From Verrucomicrobiota bacterium (lineage in GTDB: Bacteria; Verrucomicrobiota; Verrucomicrobiia; Chthoniobacterales; Terrimicrobiaceae): a DNA stretch of 64,000 nt. The notes beneath the pieces were generated by a model. The model was not told where the DNA came from. It saw only the letters and a list, made by a program, of their open reading frames with translations, and made no database searches. The stretch spans positions 12,876 through 76,875 of the forward strand of contig JAGWWS010000005.1 in the NCBI GenBank assembly GCA_018970255.1. Direction: 5' to 3'. Each line of letters opens with the position of its first letter. Positions within the stretch are counted from its first letter, which is position 1. Below are positions 28,522 to 37,101 of this stretch, piece after piece. The position numbers and the translations under genes were made by a program.

Positions 28522-28884
28522 ATGCCTCACAATCCCCACAGGGCACGGGCGCTCGCCGAGTGGCGGGGCTATTTCGAGCCGGATGCCGGCCCCGAGCGGT
28601 GCGCCGCGGTGGGCGAGGTTTTGAAAAAACTGCTGCCGAAGCTCGGGCTCGGCGAGCGGGTGGGGGAGGCGGAGGTGCGCGGGGCCTGGCTGGAACTCGT
28701 GGGGGATTTCATCGCGCGCCATGCGGTTCCGTCGGGCCTCAGCCGCGGGGTTTTGACCGTGCAGGTGCTGCAGCCCAGCGTGCGATACGAACTCGAGGCG
28801 AATTGGAAGCCGAAGATCCTTGCGAAGCTCCAGGAGCGGTTCGGCAAAAAAACCGTGCGCGAGGTGAAGTTCCGGCTGCCGTAG
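28522..28884 (+). CDS. DUF721 (DciA-like) protein
   Basis: 120 aa taken from ORF 28297..28884. LGERVGEAEVRGAWLELVGDFIARHAVPSGLSRGVLTVQVLQPSVRYELEANWKPKILAKL matches the DUF721 pattern (W..vvG..ia.ht.p....g.L.v.v.s....el). Confidence 0.5.
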   Translation: MPHNPHRARALAEWRGYFEPDAGPERCAAVGEVLKKLLPKLGLGERVGEAEVRGAWLELVGDFIARHAVPSGLSRGVLTVQVLQPSVRYELEANWKPKILAKLQERFGKKTVREVKFRLP

Positions 28885-28891
28885 GGGAAGC

Positions 28892-29989
28892 TCAGCCTTC
28901 GAAAATCAACGCGAGCCACATCAGGAAAACCACAAGGTGGACGGCGCCTTGGAGGAGGTTCGTGCGGCCGCGGGCGAAGGTGAGGAAGCAAACGGCGAGG
29001 ACCACGCAGAGGAGCGCGACCTGGTGGAATGGCAGGCCGAGTTCAACCTCCGTTTTGAACGCCACGCCGATGAGGAGGACTGATGGGATGGTCAATGCGA
29101 TGGTCGCCAGCGCGGAGCCGAGGAGGAGGTTGATGGAGCGCTGCATTTTGTTTTCCAGCGCAGCGTGGATGGCGCTGAGGCCTTCCGGCGCGAGGATGAG
29201 GCAAGCCACCACCACGCCCGCCAGTGCCGGCGGGGCGCCGAATTTTTCCGTGCCGAAGTCTAGGACGAGGCCGAGTTTTTTCGAAAGGATGACTGCCGGG
29301 ACGAGGTAGGCTGCGAGCAGCAGGAAACTGCGCTTGAGGCCGGTGCGCGGGGCGCTCGAGTGGCCGTGGAACTCGCCGGGGTCCGAGAAAAATTCGCGGT
29401 GGCGGTTGGTTTGGATCGCCAGGAATACCGCGTAGATTGCGGTGCAGAGAAGGGCGAGAACGATGGACTGGAACGGCGAAAAAGTCGGCCCGCCGGTGGT
29501 GACAGTGAGGTCCGGCATGACCAGGCCGAAGATCGCGAGGGGGACGATGAGCGAGAGGTAGGAACTTGCGCCCTCGAGGTTGAATTCCTGCTGCCGGTGG
29601 CGGAAGGCGCCGAGGAGGAGTGCAAACCCGACGAGCCCGCCCAGCACGATCATGACCACGGCGAACATCGTGTCGCGGGCCAGCACCGGGTTGCTTTTTC
29701 CCGAAAGCATCGCGGCCGAGACCATACTGACTTCCATGCCGGTGACGCTGAGGGTGAGGACCAGCGTGCCAAGCGGTTCGCCGAGGCGGTGGGCCACGGC
29801 GTCCGCATGTCGCACGACGCCGAACGCGCACGCGAGGATGGCCGCAAAGAGCCACGCGAGAAAAAATGCCGCGGTGCCGAGCGAGGAGAGATGGTGGAGC
29901 CATTCGCCGCCGATGGTCAGGAATGCCACCGTGGTGGCGATGCCCGCGACGAGGCCTTTTTCGCGGAGGAGGAAGTGGAGGAGGCGCAT
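28892..29989 (-). CDS. Cation/proton antiporter of the CaCA (ChaA-like Ca2+:H+) family
   Basis: 365 aa with about 11 TM helices. Two internal repeats carry acidic membrane motifs (LSVTGMEVSMV and ILAPEGLSAI). Size and topology resemble ChaA/y4hA-type exchangers. Confidence 0.6.
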   Translation of the reverse strand: MRLLHFLLREKGLVAGIATTVAFLTIGGEWLHHLSSLGTAAFFLAWLFAAILACAFGVVRHADAVAHRLGEPLGTLVLTLSVTGMEVSMVSAAMLSGKSNPVLARDTMFAVVMIVLGGLVGFALLLGAFRHRQQEFNLEGASSYLSLIVPLAIFGLVMPDLTVTTGGPTFSPFQSIVLALLCTAIYAVFLAIQTNRHREFFSDPGEFHGHSSAPRTGLKRSFLLLAAYLVPAVILSKKLGLVLDFGTEKFGAPPALAGVVVACLILAPEGLSAIHAALENKMQRSINLLLGSALATIALTIPSVLLIGVAFKTEVELGLPFHQVALLCVVLAVCFLTFARGRTNLLQGAVHLVVFLMWLALIFEG

Positions 29990-30065
29990 GGGAGAACGCG
30001 TTCAGTGCAATCGCGGCTCAGTGCCTCTGCAAATCAAAAAAGCGGCGGATTCTTCGTGTGGGGAA

Positions 30066-31181
30066 TCAGACGTTGAAACGGAATTCGACGACATCGCCGT
30101 CCTGCACGGTGTATTCCTTGCCCTCGAGGCGGAGTTTGCCGGCTTCGCGGGCTTTTGCTTCCGAGCCGCACGCAACGAGGTCGGTGTAGGCGACGATTTG
30201 GGCGGCGATGAAACCGCGCTCGAAATCGGTGTGGATCACGCCCGCGGCGGCGGGGGCCTTGTCGCCGGCGCGGATTGTCCAGGCGCGGGTTTCCTTGGGG
30301 CCGGTGGTCAGGTAGGTGCGCAGGCCGAGGAGGTGGTAGGCGGCGCGGATGAGTTGGCCGACGCCGCTGTCCGCAATGCCGAGGCCGGCGAGGAATTCGG
30401 CGGCTTCGGCGGGCGGGAGTTCGGCGAGCTCGCTTTCGATTTGCGCGCTGATGACGACGGCTTCGCAGCCCAGGTGTTCGGCTGCGTATTTGCGGACGGC
30501 GGCGACATGGTTCGCGGCGGGGCTGCCGCCCTCGAGGTTGGCGAGGTCGTTTTCGCCGACATTGCAGGCGAAGAGCGTGGGCTTGGAAGTGAGTAGGAAA
30601 AAGCCGCGGAGGAGTTCCTTTTCGGCGGCGTCGAGATCGGCGGTGAGGGCGGGCTTGCCGGCATCGAGGTGGGGGATGAGTTTTTCCGCGAGGGCGAGTT
30701 CGGCTTTCGCCGCCTTGTCGCCGGCGCGCGCGCCTTTCTGGGAACGCTCGGCGCGTTTTTTGACCGAAGCGAGGTCGGCGAGGATGAGTTCGGTGTTGAT
30801 GACCTCGATGTCGCGGACGGGGTCGACGGAGCCGGAGACATGGTGGATGTCCGAACTCTCGAAACAGCGCACGACCTGGATGATGGCGTCCACCTCGCGG
30901 ATGTGGCTGAGGAACTGGTTGCCGAGGCCTTCGCCCTCGCTCGCTCCGGCGACGAGGCCCGCGATGTCCACGAACTCGATGGCGGCGGGGACGGTTTTTT
31001 CGGACTTCGACACGGCGGCGAGTGCGTCGAGGCGTTCGTCGGGGACGTTCACGATGCCGACATTCGGCTCGATGGTGCAGAACGGGAAATTGGCCGCCTG
31101 CGCCTTGCGGGTGCGGGTGACGGCGTTGAAGAGGGTGGACTTCCCGACATTCGGCAATCCGACGATTCCAGTCTTGAGCAT
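30066..31181 (-). CDS. ychF: Redox-regulated ribosome-binding ATPase YchF
   Basis: 371 aa. MLKTGIVGLPNVGKSTLFNA, and a C-terminal TGPKETRAWTIRAGDKAPAAAGVIHTDFERGFI (TGS domain). Confidence 0.95.
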   Translation of the reverse strand: MLKTGIVGLPNVGKSTLFNAVTRTRKAQAANFPFCTIEPNVGIVNVPDERLDALAAVSKSEKTVPAAIEFVDIAGLVAGASEGEGLGNQFLSHIREVDAIIQVVRCFESSDIHHVSGSVDPVRDIEVINTELILADLASVKKRAERSQKGARAGDKAAKAELALAEKLIPHLDAGKPALTADLDAAEKELLRGFFLLTSKPTLFACNVGENDLANLEGGSPAANHVAAVRKYAAEHLGCEAVVISAQIESELAELPPAEAAEFLAGLGIADSGVGQLIRAAYHLLGLRTYLTTGPKETRAWTIRAGDKAPAAAGVIHTDFERGFIAAQIVAYTDLVACGSEAKAREAGKLRLEGKEYTVQDGDVVEFRFNV

Positions 31182-31239
31182 AGGCGCGGGACACTACCGG
31201 CGTGCTGGATGGCGGGGGAGAAAAATGTAGTGTCCGCGC

Positions 31240-32037
31240 ATGGAGCGGGCGCTTGCTGGAATTTTGGCTGCGGTTTTCGCGTGCGGCCCGGTGTGTGCCG
31301 GCGGGGAGGAATGGGTCGCCACAGCGCCGGTCGGTGGGTTTCCCATGGTGGAGCCGTTCCGGGCGTCATTCCGAATCGGCTGGACCGAAATCGCGGCGGC
31401 GGAGGCGCGGGCGGAAATCACCTCGAATGCCACGGTGGCCAAGCTCAGTGCGGGTGGGGGGACGATCGGGCTGGCGAGGTCGCTTTACCAACTCGATGCC
31501 ACGCTGGAGGCGGTGAGCGCGCTGCCGGATTTCGAGACGGTTGGCTCCGAGCAGTTGGAGAAATACCGGCGGCGGACATTGCTTACGGCGGTGGAGGGAT
31601 CGGATGGGAATTTGCGGACGAAGCGCGGCTGGACCGATGGATCGGAAGAACTTCGTTGGAAGCCCGTGAAGGTTTCGCCGGCGCGGGATTTGTTCTCGGC
31701 GATGATGTTCATCCGCAGCCAACCCCTGAATGCGGGCGACAAGGTGGGCGTGGTGGTTTTCCCGGGGGAGTCGCCGTTTTTCGTCGAGATGGAATCGCTC
31801 GGGGAGCGCACGATTTCGGTGGGCGGTGCCGGGAGGCGGGCGCTCCTGCTCGAACTTCGCATCAGCCGCATCAACACGAAAAAGGGCAATGCGCTCGAGC
31901 CTCACCCGAAGTTCCGCACGGGGAGGGTTTGGCTTTCCAACGATGCCGACCGGATTCCCCTACGGGCGGAGGTGGAAATTTTCATCGGGTATCTGTTTGC
32001 CGAAATCGCCTCGTTCGAAAAAATCCCGCGGCCGTGA
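31240..32037 (+). CDS. DUF3108-like secreted protein
   Basis: 265 aa with a signal peptide. The C-terminal RVWLSNDADRIPLRAEVEIFIGYLFAEI resembles the DUF3108 terminal beta-strands. The stop overlaps the trmB GTG (GTGA). Confidence 0.45.
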   Translation: MERALAGILAAVFACGPVCAGGEEWVATAPVGGFPMVEPFRASFRIGWTEIAAAEARAEITSNATVAKLSAGGGTIGLARSLYQLDATLEAVSALPDFETVGSEQLEKYRRRTLLTAVEGSDGNLRTKRGWTDGSEELRWKPVKVSPARDLFSAMMFIRSQPLNAGDKVGVVVFPGESPFFVEMESLGERTISVGGAGRRALLLELRISRINTKKGNALEPHPKFRTGRVWLSNDADRIPLRAEVEIFIGYLFAEIASFEKIPRP

Positions 32038-32603
32038 GTGACGGAATTCCCCATGATTGGTTCGGACCGGGTGCGAAGCCGCTGGAGATCGACTTTGGAT
32101 GCCACCGGGGGGCGTTCCTTGTCGGTATGGCGCAGTTGCACCCGGGGTCGAATTTCCTCGGAATCGAGCGGCAGCCCGAGCGCGTGGCGAAATGCAACGC
32201 GCGGACCGCGAGGCTTGGTTTGACCAATGCGCTCGCGGTGCAGGGAACGGGCGAACAGGGCTTGGAGCCGCTTCCCGACTCATGCTGCGCGGTTTTCCAC
32301 CTGTATTTCCCGGACCCTTGGCCGAAGCGGCGGCATGCGGTGCGGCGGGTTTTCCAGCAGGGTTTCCTTGCCGAAGTGCGGCGGATTCTGTCGCCCGGCG
32401 GGACGCTGCGGTTGATGAGCGACAACGAGCCGTATTTCGCCGAAATGAGGGAACTCACGCGGAGCGGATGGGCCGAGCGGGACTGGGAGGACGGGCGCGA
32501 GGCGGTGCCCACGGCATTCGAGTCCGTTTTTTTGAAGCTCGGGAAAAAGCCGTTCCGCGCGTGCCTGTCGGCCGTTCAGGAAAGCACGGCAGGGTCGCCG
32601 TAG
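32034..32603 (+). CDS. trmB: tRNA (guanine-N7)-methyltransferase
   Basis: Last 190 codons of ORF 30669..32603. EIDFGCHRGAFLVGMA, FLGIERQ and LYFPDPWPKRRHAVRRV are TrmB motifs. GTG start at 32034. Confidence 0.8.
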   Translation: MSDGIPHDWFGPGAKPLEIDFGCHRGAFLVGMAQLHPGSNFLGIERQPERVAKCNARTARLGLTNALAVQGTGEQGLEPLPDSCCAVFHLYFPDPWPKRRHAVRRVFQQGFLAEVRRILSPGGTLRLMSDNEPYFAEMRELTRSGWAERDWEDGREAVPTAFESVFLKLGKKPFRACLSAVQESTAGSP

Positions 32604-33937
32604 AGCGTCGAGTTCGAGGCGCGCGTGATTTTGACATCGAAGATGCCGCCGATGTGGCGCGGGTCTCCCTCGAAGACGACGATTTTGTTTGTGCGGGTGC
32701 GCCCGGAAAAGCGCTCCGGGTTGTGGCGGCTCGCGCCCTCGCAAAGGATTTCCACATTCGTGCCGACAAGGGCGTTGAGTTTCGCGGCGGAGTGGCGGTT
32801 GACGACGGCCAGGAGTTCCTGGTTGCGGGCTTCCTTCACGGATTCCGGGAGTTGGCCGTCCATCGTTGCTGCGGGCGTGTTTTGGCGGGGCGAGTAGCGG
32901 AACACGAAGGCGTTGTCGAACGAGACGGATTCGCAGAGGTCCTTGGTTTTTTCGAAGTCCCCATCGGTTTCGCCGGGGAAGCCGACGATGATGTCGGTGG
33001 TGATCGCCATGCCCGGGCGGGCGTCGCGGATGCGGGCGGCTAGGGCTTGGAATTTTTCCGCCGTGTAGCCGCGGCGCATGGTTTTCAGGATGCGGTCGGA
33101 GCCGCTTTGGAGCGGGAGGTGGACATGTTCGACGAGTTTCGGCAGGCGGGCAAAGGCGTCGATGAGGTCGTCGCGGTAGCCGATCGGGTGCGGGGAGGTG
33201 AAGCGCACGCGCTCGATTCCATCGACGGCGCAGACGGCTTCGAGAAGCTGGACGAACGGGCTTTTGCCATCGGCCTTCGGGAATTCGTGGCGGCCGTAGA
33301 GGTTTACGATTTGCCCGAGGAGCGTGACTTCCTTGACCCCGCGGTCCGCAAGCGAACGGACCTCCGCCACAATTTCCGCGATCGTGCGGCCGCGTTCGGC
33401 TCCGCGGGTTTGCGGAACGATGCAGAACGCGCAGTGCATGTTGCAGCCCTGCATGATCGAGACGAATGCGGTGACTTGTTGCGGGGCGAGTTCCTGGTCG
33501 CGGATGGTCGATTGCGAGCCGGCTTCCCCATCCGTGTCCACGATCGGGCGGCGTTCGTCGTCGATGAGTTGGTTCAGGCGGGACTGCAGGAGTTCGTCCA
33601 CATAGTCGGCCACGCGGTGGAATTTCTGCGTGCCGACAACGAGGTCGATGTGGGGTGAGGTTTCGAGGAGGGATTCGCCGCGCGCCTGCGCCATGCAGCC
33701 GAGGTAGCCGAGCACGAGGTGCGGGCGTTTTTTGCGGAGCTTGCGGAGCATGCCCATTTTGCCGATCGCCTTTTGCTCCGCCATGTCGCGGACGCTGCAG
33801 GTGTTGAGCAGGATGACATCGGCGTCCGATTCGTCGGCGACCATGCTGTAGCCGCGTTCGGCGAGCATTTTCGAAACCTGTTCGGAATCGCGCTCGTTCA
33901 TCTGGCAGCCGTAGGTCTTGATGTAAACGCCGGGCAT
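32576..33937 (-). CDS. miaB: tRNA-2-methylthio-N6-dimethylallyladenosine synthase
   Basis: 453 aa. The N-terminal YIKTYGCQMNERDSE (UPF0004 cluster), radical SAM MQGCNMHCAFCIVP and a C-terminal TRAM domain are present. Confidence 0.95.
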   Translation of the reverse strand: MPGVYIKTYGCQMNERDSEQVSKMLAERGYSMVADESDADVILLNTCSVRDMAEQKAIGKMGMLRKLRKKRPHLVLGYLGCMAQARGESLLETSPHIDLVVGTQKFHRVADYVDELLQSRLNQLIDDERRPIVDTDGEAGSQSTIRDQELAPQQVTAFVSIMQGCNMHCAFCIVPQTRGAERGRTIAEIVAEVRSLADRGVKEVTLLGQIVNLYGRHEFPKADGKSPFVQLLEAVCAVDGIERVRFTSPHPIGYRDDLIDAFARLPKLVEHVHLPLQSGSDRILKTMRRGYTAEKFQALAARIRDARPGMAITTDIIVGFPGETDGDFEKTKDLCESVSFDNAFVFRYSPRQNTPAATMDGQLPESVKEARNQELLAVVNRHSAAKLNALVGTNVEILCEGASRHNPERFSGRTRTNKIVVFEGDPRHIGGIFDVKITRASNSTLYGDPAVLS

Positions 33938-33991
33938 TTTTGGTGCCGTTAAAATTCCCGCCGTTTCGCCGCGGGCAAGGATTTTCTCGTG

Positions 33992-34849
33992 TCAGGGTAT
34001 GCCGAGGGCGGATTTGAGGGCTTGGTGGACTTCGGTTTCGAAGCGATGGACCATTTCGCAGGTGAATTGCACGGGGTCGAGGGTGTTGTCGACGATGAGG
34101 GGGGTGAGGTCCATGCCGAGGATGGTCTCCTGTGCGGAGTCGGTGGAGTGGGGGTCGCAGAAAGTCGCGTTGGCGCGGCGTCGGCCGGGGACGGCAAGGT
34201 CGTAGCGTTTGCCGCTGGAAATTTGGGATTCGAATGCGGAGTTCAGCGCGGCGGCGAGCGTTTCGTTTCCGCCGGTGTCCATCCGGATTTTTTCGGTGTC
34301 GGGCAACCAGTCGAGGCTGCGCCAAACCTCGCAGCCGATGAGCCGGCGGGGGCGGTCGGGCTTGGGAACGGAACGCAAGGCGCGGAGGCTGAGGGCGAAG
34401 GCGGCGAGGTGGGTCGGGTGTTTGTCGGCGGGATTGTGGATGTAGGCGGTTTCGGGTTTTGCGGCGCGGAGGATTTCGGCGAGGTCGCGCAGCGGATTTG
34501 GGTTTGCGGGGTCTTTCAACTCGGCGCTCGCGTAGCCGAGCTGGATCATGGCGCCGTATTTTCCGACCGAAGCGGCCTTGCGCTGTTCGGTGTGGCGGAT
34601 TTGTGCGATTTCTGAACCGGATTTCCTTGCAAACGCTCCCGAGCGCGGGCTTCCGGAGCCGTCGGTGAGGACGATGCCGCAAAAGGAACACCCTGGCTTT
34701 TCAAAACACTCGAGGATTCCGTGGAATGCCATGAACTCCAGATCGTCCTGGTGCGCGCCGATGCCGAGGTGCGTGGTGCGCGCGAGGGCTTCGGCTGGGG
34801 CAGTGCCGTCCGGGATGAAAATGTCGGCGTTGGGGTTCCCGAGCGTCAT
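33992..34849 (-). CDS. PIG-L/LmbE-family N-acetylglucosaminyl deacetylase
   Basis: I chose the start MTLGNPNADIF (ATG 34849), which overlaps the upstream stop (ATGA). IGAHQDDLEF (AHxDD zinc motif) and NPADKHPTHLA (HPxH) are present. Confidence 0.7.
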   Translation of the reverse strand: MTLGNPNADIFIPDGTAPAEALARTTHLGIGAHQDDLEFMAFHGILECFEKPGCSFCGIVLTDGSGSPRSGAFARKSGSEIAQIRHTEQRKAASVGKYGAMIQLGYASAELKDPANPNPLRDLAEILRAAKPETAYIHNPADKHPTHLAAFALSLRALRSVPKPDRPRRLIGCEVWRSLDWLPDTEKIRMDTGGNETLAAALNSAFESQISSGKRYDLAVPGRRRANATFCDPHSTDSAQETILGMDLTPLIVDNTLDPVQFTCEMVHRFETEVHQALKSALGIP

Positions 34850-35835
34850 GGGTGTTTGGAGAGCAGGTCGGCGGCGCACATCCCGGAGAGCCACGCGCCT
34901 TCGATTTTCCCCCCGGCGAAACCCTCGCCTGCAAGGATCAGCGGGGCGGGTGCATCTATTCGGACCGCCGGCTCGCTGCCGGGTGGCGTGGTGGTTGTGG
35001 CGTAGCGCCAGCGTTGCAGGAATGTGGCCGCGGGTTGGCGGAGGTCGACGCCGGAAATTTCGGACGCTTTTTCCAACAGGTGGCGGGCGGTGGTTTCCTC
35101 GGGGTCGCTGAAATGGTTTCGGCTGAATTCCGCCGGGGCGTGGACGACCACCACGGTCTGGCCGGCATGGAGGCCGGGGCGTTTCGAGGTGTCATGGCCG
35201 ATCCACGAAACAGAGGGGGCGTCGGATTGGATGCCTTGCCAATCCAGTTTCCGCTCGGGGTATCGCGTGGCAAGGGCGAGGCAGGGGTCGAGCTGGATCG
35301 GGCGCAAAGAGTCCGGCGCGTGGGTGCCGAGGAGTTCGGCGGCTTGCGGGGGCGGAACGGCAACAACCAGTCGGCGCGTTTGGAACGAGGCTCCGTTTTC
35401 CACGGTGATTTTCCAGTAACCGGACTCGCATTCGAGCGAGGCGGCACGGACTTCAAATTGAACCGGGATTTGCGCGCTGCCGGCAATCGCCTTGCCGAGC
35501 GAGGACATTCCGTTTCGGCAGGCGTAGCGGGGGTGGGCGTCATCCTGCGGCGGCTGGAGGCGGCCGTTCCGGAACTGATGGAATCCCGTGGTCCACTCGT
35601 GGCAAACGCCCGCGGAGAGCCATTGGCGGACTTGTTCCTGGAATGCAGCGGAGCGCGCGGTGAAAAACTGGGCGCCGTGGTCCACTGGCAAACCGTCCCA
35701 GCGCCGGGTGGCTGCGCGTCCCCCGAGCCCGCGGCTTTTTTCGAGAACCAGGACATTTTGCCCTTCAGCGCGGAGGCGGTTGGCTGTAGCGAGCCCGGCG
35801 AGGCCGGCGCCGATGACGATGGTTTCGTGGGTCAT
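34846..35835 (-). CDS. NAD(P)/FAD-dependent oxidoreductase, renalase-like (COG3380-type)
   Basis: 329 aa. IVIGAGLAGLATANRLRAEGQNVLVLEKSRGLGGR dinucleotide-binding fold, and a C-terminal LILAGEGFAGGKIEGAWLSG. Both junctions are ATGA overlaps (35832-35835 and 34846-34849). Confidence 0.7.
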   Translation of the reverse strand: MTHETIVIGAGLAGLATANRLRAEGQNVLVLEKSRGLGGRAATRRWDGLPVDHGAQFFTARSAAFQEQVRQWLSAGVCHEWTTGFHQFRNGRLQPPQDDAHPRYACRNGMSSLGKAIAGSAQIPVQFEVRAASLECESGYWKITVENGASFQTRRLVVAVPPPQAAELLGTHAPDSLRPIQLDPCLALATRYPERKLDWQGIQSDAPSVSWIGHDTSKRPGLHAGQTVVVVHAPAEFSRNHFSDPEETTARHLLEKASEISGVDLRQPAATFLQRWRYATTTTPPGSEPAVRIDAPAPLILAGEGFAGGKIEGAWLSGMCAADLLSKHP

Positions 35836-37031
35836 GGTTTTGCCGAGTCTTGCAGCGCCTGTTTGATTTTAGGAAAGCGTTTGAAGATTTCGCTCCAAGC
35901 CGGCGTGCCGGCGGGGGTGCCGGGGCTGGCAAGGTATTCGCGCGCGGCGCGGCGGATGCAGCGGGCGAAGAGGCCGACCGTGCGGAGTTCGAGGGCGCGG
36001 TCGTATTCCAAAAGGTTCATGCGCGCATCGGCGGAATACGAATCCAAGAGGCGGAGTGCCTCCCTGCGGAATTCCCGGAGGAGTTTGCCGATATTGGCGG
36101 CGGTCGGTTTTTGCGGTCCGCGCGCGGCGGTGCGGAGCAGGCAGAGCGCAATGTCGGTCCCCATTTTGTTGAGTCCGGCCGATGGATCTTTTTCCGAAAG
36201 GGATTGGTGGCGGTGGTTGTGGCTCTCCGCGATATCCACTTGGCAAATTCGGCGCGGGTCGCAGAGGCGGAATGCATCGGCCATCATGGCGGTTTCGACT
36301 CCCCAATCGGATGGCAACTCCAACCGGGCGGCGATGCGGCGCGAGAGGCAAACCTCGCCGCTCAAGGGGTATCGCAGGAATTCGAGCGCCTGCGTGTTTT
36401 CCCCGAAGCCTTCGACGGCCGACAAGGCGCGGAGCAACGGGGCGGCGAGGAGCCTCATGGCGCGGCCGTCGAGGCGCGTCGAGAAGCGGGCGCTGAAGGC
36501 TTTCGCCACCTCGAACCCCATGCCCCTCGCGGCAACGGGATAGCAAAGGCGGACCAACATTCCGCGGTCGTAGTTTGCAATGTCGCAATCGTGGATTGCC
36601 ACGCAAGGGGCATCGGTGCAGGCAAGGAACCAACCCAGGCAGAGCCGCAGATTGCGCCCCTTGCCGGGCGGGCCGGGGCGCAGGCGGCGGCGTTCCATTT
36701 CGGCAAGGATCGGTTGGATGCTGGGGCCATCGTTCCAGAGCACGGTGGTGTTTTCCCCGATGGTTCGGAAAAACTTCACCGCCCGGGCTGCACTGCGGGC
36801 ATCGGCGCCATCGAGCCCGACCACGATGTGGCGCAGGAATTTGGTTTTGCGGAGTTCCGAGGCGATGCGGCGCAAGGCGGTCGAACCGAGTTCGCGCGCG
36901 TGGCAGGGGAGGACGAGCACAGGGCGGGCCTTTGCGGGCAGCGCTTCCAACTCGCGCTGCAGTTTCAGCGGGTCCGGGTTGCCGAGCCGGTGGATGGTGG
37001 TGATGGGTCCGTGCTGGTGGAAATCCGACAT
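35832..37031 (-). CDS. GT-A glycosyltransferase resembling glucosyl-/mannosyl-3-phosphoglycerate synthases (GT81/GT55-like)
   Basis: 399 aa. PGKGRNLRLCLGWFL, VAIHDCDIANYD (DxD), YPLSGEVCLSRRIAARLELPSDWGVE and DIAESHNHRH parallel, from memory, the GKG / DxD / GE...G(Y)xxE / HxH landmarks of GpgS and MpgS. Confidence 0.5.
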   Translation of the reverse strand: MSDFHQHGPITTIHRLGNPDPLKLQRELEALPAKARPVLVLPCHARELGSTALRRIASELRKTKFLRHIVVGLDGADARSAARAVKFFRTIGENTTVLWNDGPSIQPILAEMERRRLRPGPPGKGRNLRLCLGWFLACTDAPCVAIHDCDIANYDRGMLVRLCYPVAARGMGFEVAKAFSARFSTRLDGRAMRLLAAPLLRALSAVEGFGENTQALEFLRYPLSGEVCLSRRIAARLELPSDWGVETAMMADAFRLCDPRRICQVDIAESHNHRHQSLSEKDPSAGLNKMGTDIALCLLRTAARGPQKPTAANIGKLLREFRREALRLLDSYSADARMNLLEYDRALELRTVGLFARCIRRAAREYLASPGTPAGTPAWSEIFKRFPKIKQALQDSAKP

Positions 37032-37101
37032 GTTGCGGGAGGCGCGAACATCCGTTTTGCGGCGGGATTGAGCAAGCCCGCCGAGTTGGTAGCCTTCCGC
37101 G

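Noticed and set aside
30669-32033. N-terminal 455 codons of the 644-aa ORF ending as TrmB
   Set aside because: This part overlaps ychF (antisense) and the DUF3108 gene in another frame. Only the last 190 codons carry TrmB motifs.
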